A DNA stretch of 27,218 nt from Pseudomonadota bacterium (GCA_043767805.1 JAYUGC010000123.1:1-27218), one strand, 5' to 3'; counted from the stretch's first letter, positions 1 through 9,313 are shown. Notes: generated from the letters alone by a model not told the origin. Numbers and translations: made by a program.

Positions 1-82
1 AGCCGCCATCCTAACGGTGCCCGGATTTGGCCCTCTCGCCTACGGACTTTTCGCGACCGACTCCCGTCCGTTGAAAGCGGGC

Positions 83-994
83 ATGGGCGTGGCTCTCACT
101 TCCGCGCTGGGGATGGTCTTCCTTCTCTCAGGAGTGTTCGGCCAAGGCCTCCGCGAGACGGAGCTACGAAAATCGATCGTACAAGCGGAGCTCAGAGCCC
201 AGGCGGAGGTAGCTCCCGCCTTGGGCAGAATAACCAAGCCGAAGAGTGCGGCCGCCAACGGAAAGTTTTTGGCCGTTTGGAAAGCCCACGGCAAAAGGTT
301 GAAACCAGTCGCCGTGTTCGCAAAGAATGGGCGCGCCATTTTCGATCGCGTGGGCGCGGCGCCGAATGTGACTCATGTCGCGGAAGACAACTCGGGTCAT
401 TTGTACGGCGTCATTGGCCGGGGCTTTGGTTCCGTTTCCGCCACGGGAAAGCTCGTTAAAATCGAAGCGCCCAAAGCTTTCAGCCGCCAGCTTTACACCG
501 GCCTCGCCTTTGATCGAATAGACGACCGGTTCTTCTTACTCTCGGCCTCGGGATCAGGCCATCTGATGGAATACTCGACACGCACCGAGCTTTGGAAAGC
601 GCTCGGCGGACTGAAGAACCGAAAGTACCAGGGGCTCGCTTTAGATCATCGAACCTCAGTCCTCTACACCGCCCTCGAAACGCGCGGCCGTGCCCTGACT
701 TCACTCGTGAAGCTGTCAGCCACCGGCGAGCTTTCAGGAGAGATCAAATTGTCGAAGCCCATCGCGGTTCCCAAGGGAGCCACGGTTCAACTCTCCTTCG
801 CGGCCGATACGATTGCGGTCGTCGTGGGCGAACGAGACGATCGTCTTTTCTTCATCGACAAAACGGGAAAGGTCTCGCCTCCCGTCGTGGAGGTCGCCGC
901 GGCAGCGAAGAAAGCGCAAGCCAAGCCGTTACGGGCTCCCGCTTCTCCCGCGGGCAAGCACGGCAAGCGCCGCGTCCACCGTAAGCGACGCTGA
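83..994 (+). CDS. Hypothetical exported protein, probable beta-propeller repeats, basic C-terminal tail
   Basis: ORF 17..994; ATG at 83 gives a hydrophobic N-terminal segment (GVALTSALGMVFLLSGVFG). Repeated YTGLAFD / YQGLALD blade-like motifs. Start codon uncertain. Confidence 0.6.
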   Translation: MGVALTSALGMVFLLSGVFGQGLRETELRKSIVQAELRAQAEVAPALGRITKPKSAAANGKFLAVWKAHGKRLKPVAVFAKNGRAIFDRVGAAPNVTHVAEDNSGHLYGVIGRGFGSVSATGKLVKIEAPKAFSRQLYTGLAFDRIDDRFFLLSASGSGHLMEYSTRTELWKALGGLKNRKYQGLALDHRTSVLYTALETRGRALTSLVKLSATGELSGEIKLSKPIAVPKGATVQLSFAADTIAVVVGERDDRLFFIDKTGKVSPPVVEVAAAAKKAQAKPLRAPASPAGKHGKRRVHRKRR

Positions 995-2695
995 GATCTG
1001 AAACTCCGGCGCGGGCGGACGCTCGTAAGGAGCGCTCACCCCGGTGAATTGGGCAAGCTCGCCCGAGCGCGCCTTCTTATAGAGCCCTTTCGGATCCCTC
1101 GCCTCACAGACTTCCACCGGAACATCCATGAAAACTTCCGTGAAGCGAGCGGCGCCAATGACGTCTCTCGCGCTCGCTCGATCGGCGGCGTAAGGGGAAA
1201 TGAGCGAGACGAGCACCGTGATGCCTTCGGCGTTCAAGAGCTTTGCGACCTCCGCCACGCGGCGCACGTTTTCTCTCCGATCTTGCTGACTAAAACCAAG
1301 ATCCCGGTTTAAGCCGGTGCGCAGGTGATCGCCGTCCAAGACGAATGCCCTTATCCCGCGGTTTTCGAGCCGCTCGGCGAAAGCGCGGGCGAGGGTCGTC
1401 TTGCCAGAGCCGGACAAGCCTGTGAACCAATAGGTACGCGGCTCGTTTTCCGATCGTAGTTCCGATTCCGGGCGATCCAGAAAGAGCAAAGCCGCGACGG
1501 TGCGATTCGTCTCCTCGTCGACAACGATGGCGGAACCCGTAGTCCGGTTTCGTTCGTAAGGATCCACGAAAAGCGGGCTTTCGGTTTCCCAGACGAGGCG
1601 CGCGATCTCGTTTACTTTAAGAGGGGCCGGCTCCGCACGGTGAAGCGTCTCGATCTCCATGCGGTAGCGTATTTCCACGGGGCGAGCCACGGTCCAGCGG
1701 CTGCCGTGCTTCAAGCGATACTTGCGATTGGGGACGAGCGCGGTCTCGTCCATCCATACCGTCATCGTGTCCAGCCGACGAGTCTCGCGCGGGCGGTTGT
1801 TTCCGGAGACGAGCCAGTCCCCCCGGCCCACGTCGACGTTTTCTTCGAGCTCCACGGCCACCGCTTGCGGCGCGAAGACGCTTTCGCGGCGATCGCCCAA
1901 GGCTTTGACCCGCGCTTTCTTGCCGGAGGGCAGCACCATGACCTCGTCTCCGAGACGGAGCGCGCCCGAAGCGAGACTTCCGAGATAAGCGCGCTGGCGC
2001 CCCTCGCCTTTGACGACTCCTTGAACGGGCAAGCGAAAATCGACGAGGTTTCGGCCGGCGTCGACATACGCCGACTCAAGGACTTCCAATACGGAAGGCC
2101 CCGTGTACCAGCCACTGCGCGACGAGCGCCGTACGACGTTGTCGCCTTTTAGCGCGCTAATCGGAACGAAGCTCAAGTCGGTAAGCGAGAGACGCGGCGA
2201 AAAAGCGGTGATCTCATCCTCAATCACGCGAAACGGCGCTTCTTTGAACTCCAGGCGATCCATCTTGTTCACGGCGACGAGCACCCGGCGCACGCCGAGA
2301 AGAGACAGCAAAAAGAGATGGCGTTTCGTTTGCGCGGTGACCCCATGCTCAGCGTCGATGAGAAGGAGGCCGAAGTCGGCCGTCGAAGCCGCCGTCACGA
2401 AATTGCGGGTGTACTGCTCGTGGCCCGGAGCATCGGCCAGGATATAGTGGCGAGTTCCAATGGTGAAATAGCGGTAGGCCACGTCGATGGTAATCTTCTG
2501 CTCTCGCTCGGCTTTGAGTCCATCGGTCACGAGAGACAAGTCGAGGGCGCCGTCCGAAAACCCTTTCGAGGCGGCCTGAATGGCGCGGACGTTATCCTCG
2601 GGGAGGCTACCCGTCTCATAAAGCAGCCGGCCGAGCAAAGTGGACTTGCCGTCGTCGACGCTTCCCGCGCTCACCACCCGCAAAAGGGAGTCCAT
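929..2695 (-). CDS. cysNC: Bifunctional sulfate adenylyltransferase large subunit / adenylylsulfate kinase (CysN-CysC fusion, NodQ-like)
   Basis: GTPase motifs GSVDDGKST, ITIDVAYRYF, DAPGHEQYTRN and NKMD; C-terminal APS kinase with WFTGLSGSGKTT, LDGD..R.GLNRDLGFS, RDPKGLYKKAR and FTGVSAPYE. Confidence 0.96.
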   Translation of the reverse strand: MDSLLRVVSAGSVDDGKSTLLGRLLYETGSLPEDNVRAIQAASKGFSDGALDLSLVTDGLKAEREQKITIDVAYRYFTIGTRHYILADAPGHEQYTRNFVTAASTADFGLLLIDAEHGVTAQTKRHLFLLSLLGVRRVLVAVNKMDRLEFKEAPFRVIEDEITAFSPRLSLTDLSFVPISALKGDNVVRRSSRSGWYTGPSVLEVLESAYVDAGRNLVDFRLPVQGVVKGEGRQRAYLGSLASGALRLGDEVMVLPSGKKARVKALGDRRESVFAPQAVAVELEENVDVGRGDWLVSGNNRPRETRRLDTMTVWMDETALVPNRKYRLKHGSRWTVARPVEIRYRMEIETLHRAEPAPLKVNEIARLVWETESPLFVDPYERNRTTGSAIVVDEETNRTVAALLFLDRPESELRSENEPRTYWFTGLSGSGKTTLARAFAERLENRGIRAFVLDGDHLRTGLNRDLGFSQQDRRENVRRVAEVAKLLNAEGITVLVSLISPYAADRASARDVIGAARFTEVFMDVPVEVCEARDPKGLYKKARSGELAQFTGVSAPYERPPAPEFQISASLTVDAALAVLARGRSGSP

Positions 2696-3570
2696 TAGAA
2701 ATACCCCTCGCGCTTTTTCTTCTCCATGGAAGCATCGCTATCGTGATCGATGACCCGCGTGGAGCGCTCCGAGATTTTCACTTGCTCGAGCTCGGCGATG
2801 ATCTGAGCGATCGAGGTCGCCGAAGAGCGAATGGCTCCCGTGCAGGGCGAGCATCCCAAAGTGCGAAAGCGGCAAAGCACCGGCTCCGCCGCAGGATCCG
2901 TGACGAGTAAACCATTTGCTTCGCGCATCCGCCGCGGCTGGGCGAAGTAGAGAGAGGCCACGGGAATCTTTTCGCGCTCGATGTAGCGCCACACATCGAG
3001 CTCGGTCCAGTTGCTCAGCGGAAAAATACGCATGGACTCGCCAGGCCCGACGCGCCCGTTGTAGAGCCGCCAAAGCTCCGGGCGCTGCTCTCTGGGATCC
3101 CATCGCCCGGTTGCCGTTCGATGAGAAAAGATCCGTTCTTTCGCGCGCGAGCGTTCCTCTTCGCGGCGGGCGCCGCCGATGGCGCCATCGATGCGATACT
3201 CGCGAATCGCCTGTAAAAGCGCTTCGGTTTTCAAAATCCCGCAGCAGCGTTGCGTGCCGAGACGAGCCGGGTTGGTGTCCGGATCGGAAGCCGCTTCGTG
3301 CCGGAATACTTTTAGCTCGACCCCGAGGCGCGCCGCCGTTTCATCGCGGAACTCGTACATCTCCGGAAATTTGAAGCCCGTATCGACGTGCAAAAAGGGA
3401 AACGGGATCGGGCCGGGAGCAAAGCTCTTCTGAACGAGATGAGCGAGCACGGAAGAATCTTTGCCGGCGGAGTAGAGTAGGTGCGGCCGCTCGAGCTCGG
3501 CCGCGGTCTCGCGCAAGATGTGGATACTTTCGGCCTCGAGACCGTCCAGATGGCTTAGCCGGTAAGGCAT
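2695..3570 (-). CDS. cysD: Sulfate adenylyltransferase small subunit
   Basis: LEAESIHILRE, YSAGKDSSV, GGARREEERSRAKERIFS, FPLSNWTELDVW, RFRTLGC and C-terminal MEKKKREGYF; stop overlaps the cysNC start by 1 nt. Confidence 0.97.
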   Translation of the reverse strand: MPYRLSHLDGLEAESIHILRETAAELERPHLLYSAGKDSSVLAHLVQKSFAPGPIPFPFLHVDTGFKFPEMYEFRDETAARLGVELKVFRHEAASDPDTNPARLGTQRCCGILKTEALLQAIREYRIDGAIGGARREEERSRAKERIFSHRTATGRWDPREQRPELWRLYNGRVGPGESMRIFPLSNWTELDVWRYIEREKIPVASLYFAQPRRMREANGLLVTDPAAEPVLCRFRTLGCSPCTGAIRSSATSIAQIIAELEQVKISERSTRVIDHDSDASMEKKKREGYF

Positions 3571-3724
3571 AAAGCCAAAGTAAAGCGCGGAAGCTCAGCC
3601 GCGGGTATCCGCGGCGCACCATGGTTTTCGGCGGAAGGCGTTGAAAGAGCTTCCCTTTCGGGCCTTCTGAGCTTGGAAGGGTCGGTTTTCTCGCTTCTCA
3701 GGTAGAGTGTATAGGGGAGAACTT

Positions 3725-4270
3725 ATGGGCCTACCTTTCAAGACGGTGATGGTATTTACTCTTTTGATGGCAGTTCTCGCCTTTGGCGAGACTCAAAGCC
3801 CAGGCAAAGGAGCTTCCATGAAGAATTTTAAAAAACCCGATGCCACCGAGCTCAAGAAGAAGCTCACTCCGCTTCAGTACAGCGTGACTCAGGAAGAAGG
3901 CACCGAGAAGCCTTTCCATAACGAGTACTGGAACAATCACGCCGATGGCATCTACGTCGACGTGGTCTCGGGCGAACCGCTCTTTAGCTCTCTCGACAAA
4001 TACGAGTCTGGCACGGGCTGGCCGAGCTTCACCAAGCCGCTCGAGAAGGAAAACATCAAAGAGAAGACCGATAAGAAGTTTTTCTTCATGAGCCGCACTG
4101 AAGTGCGCTCGGCGCATGCGGACTCCCATCTCGGGCACGTGTTCGATGACGGTCCGCAACCGACTGGGCTTCGCTACTGCATGAACTCCGCCTCGATGCG
4201 CTTTATTCCCGTCGAGAAGTTAAAAGAAGAAGGGTACGAGCAGTACCTCGCTCTCTTCACCAAGAAATAA
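3725..4270 (+). CDS. msrB: Peptide-methionine (R)-S-oxide reductase with signal peptide, no zinc CxxC motifs
   Basis: [47 protein letters not shown] precedes ATG 3725; hydrophobic leader ends in VLAFG. Confidence 0.95.
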   Translation: MGLPFKTVMVFTLLMAVLAFGETQSPGKGASMKNFKKPDATELKKKLTPLQYSVTQEEGTEKPFHNEYWNNHADGIYVDVVSGEPLFSSLDKYESGTGWPSFTKPLEKENIKEKTDKKFFFMSRTEVRSAHADSHLGHVFDDGPQPTGLRYCMNSASMRFIPVEKLKEEGYEQYLALFTKK

Positions 4271-4282
4271 CGAGGTTTCTCT

Positions 4283-4888
4283 ATGAAACGGCTTTTCGGT
4301 GTTTCGCTTGGCCTGCTTTTGTCTTTGGGGGCTCTCGGCGCGGATAAGCCCGCCGAAACGGAAATCGCGATTTTCGCGGGCGGTTGCTTTTGGTGTATGG
4401 AGCCGCCCTTCATTAAGCTCGAAGGCGTGAGCGACGTGAAGTCCGGTTACACTGGAGGCCATAAGCTAAATCCGACTTACGAAGAAGCGTCTTCGGGAAC
4501 GACGGGCCATACGGAAGCCGTTCAAGTTACCTTCGATCCGAAAAAGATTTCCTACGACAAGCTGCTCGACGTTCTTTGGCGCAGCATGGATCCCACCGAT
4601 GCCGACGGTCAGTTCGTCGATCGCGGCAATCAGTACCGGCCCGCCATTTTCTACGCGTCGGAAGCTCAGAAGAAGACGGCGGAAGCGGCTAAAGCCGCGC
4701 TTCAAAAAGCGGGAAAGTTCAAAAAACCCATCGTGATCGAGATTACGAAGGCAGGAACCTTCTATCCGGCCGAGGACTATCACCAGCATTACTTCCAAAA
4801 AAATCCGATCCGCTACAAGTACTACCGCTACCAGTCCGGGCGGGATCAATTTCTCGACGGCGTTTGGGGCAAAGACCGCACGCACTGA
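4283..4888 (+). CDS. msrA: Peptide-methionine (S)-S-oxide reductase with signal peptide
   Basis: FAGGCFWCME, SGYTGG, GHTEAVQV, GQFVDRGNQYR and FYPAEDYHQ; GAGG RBS; leader MKRLFGVSLGLLLSLGALG. Confidence 0.96.
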   Translation: MKRLFGVSLGLLLSLGALGADKPAETEIAIFAGGCFWCMEPPFIKLEGVSDVKSGYTGGHKLNPTYEEASSGTTGHTEAVQVTFDPKKISYDKLLDVLWRSMDPTDADGQFVDRGNQYRPAIFYASEAQKKTAEAAKAALQKAGKFKKPIVIEITKAGTFYPAEDYHQHYFQKNPIRYKYYRYQSGRDQFLDGVWGKDRTH

Positions 4889-4933
4889 TAAGACAGTTGT
4901 TCTCGCTGTAAGAGGGCTTTCGGGCTGGCCGCT

Positions 4934-4963
4934 TTGACTTTGATTGGCCCAGCTTGGTACGTT
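4934..4963 (+). promoter_or_regulatory. Putative sigma70-type promoter for the 4995 gene
   Basis: TTGACT-N18-TACGTT with TG at the extended -10 position, about 30 nt upstream of the ATG. Confidence 0.4.
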
Positions 4964-4994
4964 TTGACCCTCTCTCGCGAAAGGACCGTCATTT

Positions 4995-5666
4995 ATGAGC
5001 AAAAGCTCTTTGCGCGCCTTTGTTGCCGCATCGCTCCTCGTTGGATCTTCCTCTTTCGGCAAAATCACGCCCGATGTTTTGATGTACCGACATTACGCGC
5101 ACCAAGCTCGGGACGTTCGCGGGCTCGCCGAAAGGGACGAGACCAAGTCCTCCATCCGGGTGAAGCAGGCGATCTATAAGTACGACGTGACCCGGCGGCT
5201 TTTCGAAAAGAACGCTGCCGCGGCGTTTGACCTGTCCGACCGCATCTTGGAGCTAGCCCACGCCCGCATCGACGAGGCGAAGACCTGGGCCAGCATCATG
5301 AACGCGGTCGCCATGGAGAAGATTTGGAAGATGCGCGCCGAGGCGGCGGAAAGAGGCGGAGACCCCACCCGACAGATCGCGGAGCTTATGATCGATACGC
5401 GCGTGCAGGCCGAAAAAGCCGCGGCGATCGCGGTGACGAACATCAAAGAAATCTCGCGCGAAGTAAATTTTCAGCATACCCAATCGAAAAAGCTTTTGGC
5501 GTCCAATGCCATCAGCCGGGAAGAGTACTTCATGATTCAAACCACCTCCGACGAGCTGGGAACTTTCATCCCGCAAGCCGAGGCGGAGCTCGCGGCGGTC
5601 AGAGCGAGCGTCGTGGAAGCGCACGCGGATCTCGATACGGTTTTGAACCAGGAAAAGGCGCCTTGA
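4995..5666 (+). CDS. Secreted alpha-helical/coiled-coil hypothetical protein
   Basis: 223 aa, signal-peptide-like N-terminus, Ala/Glu/Lys/Arg-rich helical composition, AAGGA upstream. Confidence 0.75.
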   Translation: MSKSSLRAFVAASLLVGSSSFGKITPDVLMYRHYAHQARDVRGLAERDETKSSIRVKQAIYKYDVTRRLFEKNAAAAFDLSDRILELAHARIDEAKTWASIMNAVAMEKIWKMRAEAAERGGDPTRQIAELMIDTRVQAEKAAAIAVTNIKEISREVNFQHTQSKKLLASNAISREEYFMIQTTSDELGTFIPQAEAELAAVRASVVEAHADLDTVLNQEKAP

Positions 5667-5742
5667 ACCGCGCCTGGACGGGCCCCTCCTGGCCGTGCTA
5701 ACTAACCTCGTTGCCCCATCTCTCGGATGGGGGCCAGATCCC

Positions 5743-5818
5743 GGGGGCGTAGCTCAGTTGGGAGAGCATCAGCTTTGCAAGCTGAGGGTCGTCGGTTCGA
5801 TCCCGATCGCCTCCACCA
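5743..5818 (+). tRNA. tRNA-Ala (anticodon TGC)
   Basis: Full cloverleaf: acceptor GGGGGCG/CGCCTCC with G3-U70, D arm GCTC/GAGC, anticodon arm TCAGC-TTTGCAA-GCTGA, T arm GTCGG-TTCGATC-CCGAT, encoded CCA. Confidence 0.98.
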
Positions 5819-6147
5819 GTCTTCGCCCCCTACGGAGGCTATGTTCTCACCCGCAGCATCGATGGGCAATTCGTTCTGGAGCTCACCGTGAGCGGGACCG
5901 TCGCTCGTTACCGTTTCAGCCGGGAAGGCAACGGGGGTTTCGCCCTAACATCCCGCCGTGAGTCGTTCTTCCCCCAGTAGAGAACCGAGGCCGAAGAAAC
6001 GCACTCCTTTGACTCCCATGGTTTTGATGGCGGTGGGGGGAACATGCATCCCCAGGGCTCATCTTTGATCATTTATCGCGCTGCGATAAGTGCCTACTGT
6101 GACTTTCCTTCCGGTTAATTTTCTAATGCCCCATTTGGGGTGGCCAG

Positions 6148-7101
6148 ATGGATTTAGTCCTTAGTAAGAACGTCGATAGCATTTGCGGCGAGTTTGCCGG
6201 CGTGAGACTTGGTGATTACCGTCTTGAGCGTCGTATGGAGCTAATTGTTGGTCGAATGTCACAGCGTCCTGAACCCAGAGAGAGGGTATGGGTTCACTTT
6301 CAAGTGGCTCAACACATACCCAGGGTTTTTTTGGAGCATTTTTCATTTTGTGTTGGTTTAGCGAGTTCTCGCTCAGAGCGAATACCGCTTGGAGTGATCG
6401 AGGTAAACGAAATTGCTCGGACAGGTGGGAAGAAGCCTCGAAGAAATAGAAAGGTCCCTCTTTCTGTCGAGAACGAGTCCTATCGATGGTTTTCTCAAAT
6501 TGTGCAAGTGGAGCAGGCTTGCCGGCTTCCCGGTAAACTGATCCACGTAGCGGATCGAGAAGCGGAATCTTACGAGCTTTTTCATGATTGCATAAGAAAC
6601 CGATATCGTTTTGTCTTTCGCTTATCTGAGGACAGAAAACTATCTGATGGCGAATCTAAATTATTCGAGCGTCTCAAGACGGTGGAGCCTTTATTTGAGA
6701 GGCAAGTGCAATTGGGTAATCGAAAAAGTGAACGAAGCAAAAAAGATAAGAAGCGCCATCCAGCTCGGCAAAAGCGCTCGGCCATAGTGAGAGTTGCGGC
6801 ACAAACGTTCACTGTGATGAAGAGTGGCGGTCTAGGAAATTTTGTACCAACCGCTCTGACGCTGAATTTTATTCGTGCATGGGAAACAAACCCACCGACG
6901 GGCGAAGACCCCGTGCAATGGATCTTAGCTACCACGGAGCCAATCGATACCGCCGAAGAAATAAGTTGAATTATAGATTCCTACAGAACTAGGTGGGTAA
7001 TCGAAGAATATTTCAAAGCTCTCAAGACAGGTTGTTCCATCGAAAATAGACAACACGAGAAGCTATCGACGATCTTAAATATCTTGGCTGTTTCTATCCC
7101 A
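6148..7101 (+). pseudogene. IS4-family (IS50/Tn5-like) transposase remnant
   Basis: N-terminal EFAGVRLGDYRLERR, ESYRW, IHVADREAE and W.LATTEPI. After the in-frame TGA (6967-6969) the frame continues IIDSYRTRWVIEEYFKALKTGC (YREK motif). The region with the first catalytic Asp appears deleted, there is a probable frameshift near 6325-6337, and the C-terminus is truncated. Confidence 0.88.
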
Positions 7102-7278
7102 GACGCTTTGATTCGCTGTCCAAAGCGTTGGTCACCTCGTCCTGTACCAGAACTTGCGGCTTAATCGCCAAAGCCAATTTTTGGCGCTGTCCTCCAGAGA
7201 GGCTTCGACCGTGAGGAAGACTCGCGTTTCGCGTCGTGACTGAACAGGCCTTCTGGGACTGCATACAGTCTCAACACT

Positions 7279-8100
7279 TCACAATTGGGTTCGCTCTGGC
7301 TCCTGCCGGGAGCGACTTGCCAAGAATAAGAACTGATAGGCAAAAAATTCGGCGATCGGGCGAACGGCGGCGAGCGGCCGACAGGCACGGACCACGCGAT
7401 TGACTCTCCCCTTCGGCAGGTCGAACAGGCGAAGATTCGCCGTGATCTTGTCGACGCGCAAGCCGGCCTGAGAGCAAAGCGCCACCGCATCGTTTTGCGT
7501 AAACCACCTTAGGTGCGTACGGTCAAAGAGGCCTCGGTCGCGCCGCGGGAAGGTCCCGCGCACAAAGATCGACCATAGGGCCGAGACGTGGCGCACGTTT
7601 GGCAGGCTTATGACCACCACACCATCCGGGGACAAATAGTCCATGGCGTTGCGTAGTGTCGTCCATGGGTCGCGAACATGCTCGAGCACGTCGGAGAAGA
7701 TGATGCAGTCGAAGACGCTTTCTCCCAAAGATTCGAAGCAGAGCGAGTCGTCGAGATCACACTGGATTAGGCTGTCGAGACGGGCGGCAGCCTTGCTGGC
7801 TAGGACGGGGTCGAACTCGACTCCCACGACGCGTCTTCCGGGCGCGAGGGCTTTGAGTTCGGCGCCGTTGGTGCCATCGCTGCAGCCGATGTCGAGAACA
7901 GCGCGAGCATTTGCCGGAACGAGGGCGACCACTTCGGGACGCCTACACACGTACGATGGATTGACACCTGGCCCGTCGCCCTGCGACCTCAACGAACCCT
8001 CCGGAGCCAGCCGCCCTGATGAAAGACGGCGTAGATACTGGTAGTTGCATGGGGCTGTGTCACGGAGAGCCAAGCCAGGAGTGTCAGTTTTGAAACCCAC
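7279..8100 (-). CDS. Class I SAM-dependent methyltransferase of the type found in glycan clusters
   Basis: VLDIGCSDG, VVGVEFD, FDCIIFSDVLEHVRDPW, SLPNVRH and GLFDRTHLRWFT. The true start is probably downstream of 8100. Confidence 0.88.
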   Translation of the reverse strand: MGFKTDTPGLALRDTAPCNYQYLRRLSSGRLAPEGSLRSQGDGPGVNPSYVCRRPEVVALVPANARAVLDIGCSDGTNGAELKALAPGRRVVGVEFDPVLASKAAARLDSLIQCDLDDSLCFESLGESVFDCIIFSDVLEHVRDPWTTLRNAMDYLSPDGVVVISLPNVRHVSALWSIFVRGTFPRRDRGLFDRTHLRWFTQNDAVALCSQAGLRVDKITANLRLFDLPKGRVNRVVRACRPLAAVRPIAEFFAYQFLFLASRSRQEPERTQL

Positions 8101-8233
8101 GCAAAGAGATGCGGCATTCAGAGAATCCTCGATAAACAGATATTTAGAGGCAACTATATCCGAGTCAGTGAGGCGGTTTTAGATATAATTCCCAATATAT
8201 TCCTTACCTCTTAATGATCGGGAGAATATAGTC

Positions 8234-9313
8234 GTGCGCCTAAGTTCATCTCCGGTTGCGTGTCTTTTGGTGGCGGCTGTCCTACTGAGATGCTCATCGC
8301 CCCAGCTTTCCACAACAGCACCGGAAGCACGTCCGGAACTTCCTTCAGCGTCGGGATGGCAGTCCCAACCCGCCGTGCTCGCGCGCATAGAGCGGATACC
8401 GGATGCCGATCTGCGTAAGCTTGTGCACTACGGAAAAGAGCTATTTATCCACACCGCCCACTACCTCGGACCGAAAGGAAAGGTAGCCCATAACACCAGC
8501 CGAATGAATTGCCAGAACTGCCATCTGGACGCGGGCCTTAAAAAATTCGGAAACGATTTAACACAAGCTTCCGTAAGGTACCCGATGTACCGGGCTCGCG
8601 AAGGAAGAATCCTTTCACTTAAGGAGCGGATTAACAACTGCGTAGAGAGACCAATGAGCGGAACGGCGCTTCCCATCGAGGGCCGTGAAATGAAGGCGAT
8701 ACATGCCTATATTTCCTGGTTAAACACGCTCCCAGTAGCTAGCACTTTCAAATCCGGAGAAAATCTAATGCCCGTAAGCTACCCAGGCCGCGCCGCAAGC
8801 CCTAAGCGGGGAGCGAAGATTTATGCCCAACAATGCGCACGCTGCCACGGTTCCAATGGGGAAGGAATGCTCCATGCCGATAATATATCCTTTGCCTACC
8901 CGCCGCTGTGGGGACCCGAGAGTTTCAGCTCCGGTTCCAGCATGACCCGAGTCACCAAGCTTGCTGCTTTCATTAAAGGCAATATGCCCTATGGCATCAC
9001 CTGGGAAAACCCTCTGCTCTCGGACAATGAGGCTCTGGACGTCGCGGCCTTCATATCCGATCCGGTTACCCATCCTCGTCCCATCGTTTGGGATATTTCT
9101 CAGGACTATAAAAATATTATGGAGAAGCCTATCGACCTTGCTTTTGGCCCTTACATCGATCCTTTTTCTGAGAAACAACATTGGCTCGGTCCCTTTGGGC
9201 CCATTGACGCGTTTTACAAACAGAGAAAACTCGAGGCAAACCGCAAGAGCGCCCCCGATAAAGTTTCTCGTAAACCTAAAACCTCGAACGGGATGAAGCA
9301 GGATATTTTATGA
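8234..9313 (+). CDS. tsdA: TsdA-like diheme cytochrome c (thiosulfate dehydrogenase / tetrathionate reductase family), probable lipoprotein
   Basis: Two CxxCH motifs (CQNCH, CARCH), active-site Cys in ERINNCVERPMSG, YPPLWGPESF and FIKGNMPYG; lipobox-like LLRC after a hydrophobic leader. Confidence 0.8.
   Translation: MRLSSSPVACLLVAAVLLRCSSPQLSTTAPEARPELPSASGWQSQPAVLARIERIPDADLRKLVHYGKELFIHTAHYLGPKGKVAHNTSRMNCQNCHLDAGLKKFGNDLTQASVRYPMYRAREGRILSLKERINNCVERPMSGTALPIEGREMKAIHAYISWLNTLPVASTFKSGENLMPVSYPGRAASPKRGAKIYAQQCARCHGSNGEGMLHADNISFAYPPLWGPESFSSGSSMTRVTKLAAFIKGNMPYGITWENPLLSDNEALDVAAFISDPVTHPRPIVWDISQDYKNIMEKPIDLAFGPYIDPFSEKQHWLGPFGPIDAFYKQRKLEANRKSAPDKVSRKPKTSNGMKQDIL

Noticed and set aside
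5695..5961. 88-aa ORF spanning the tRNA
   Set aside because: It overlaps a complete canonical tRNA and is a spurious translation.
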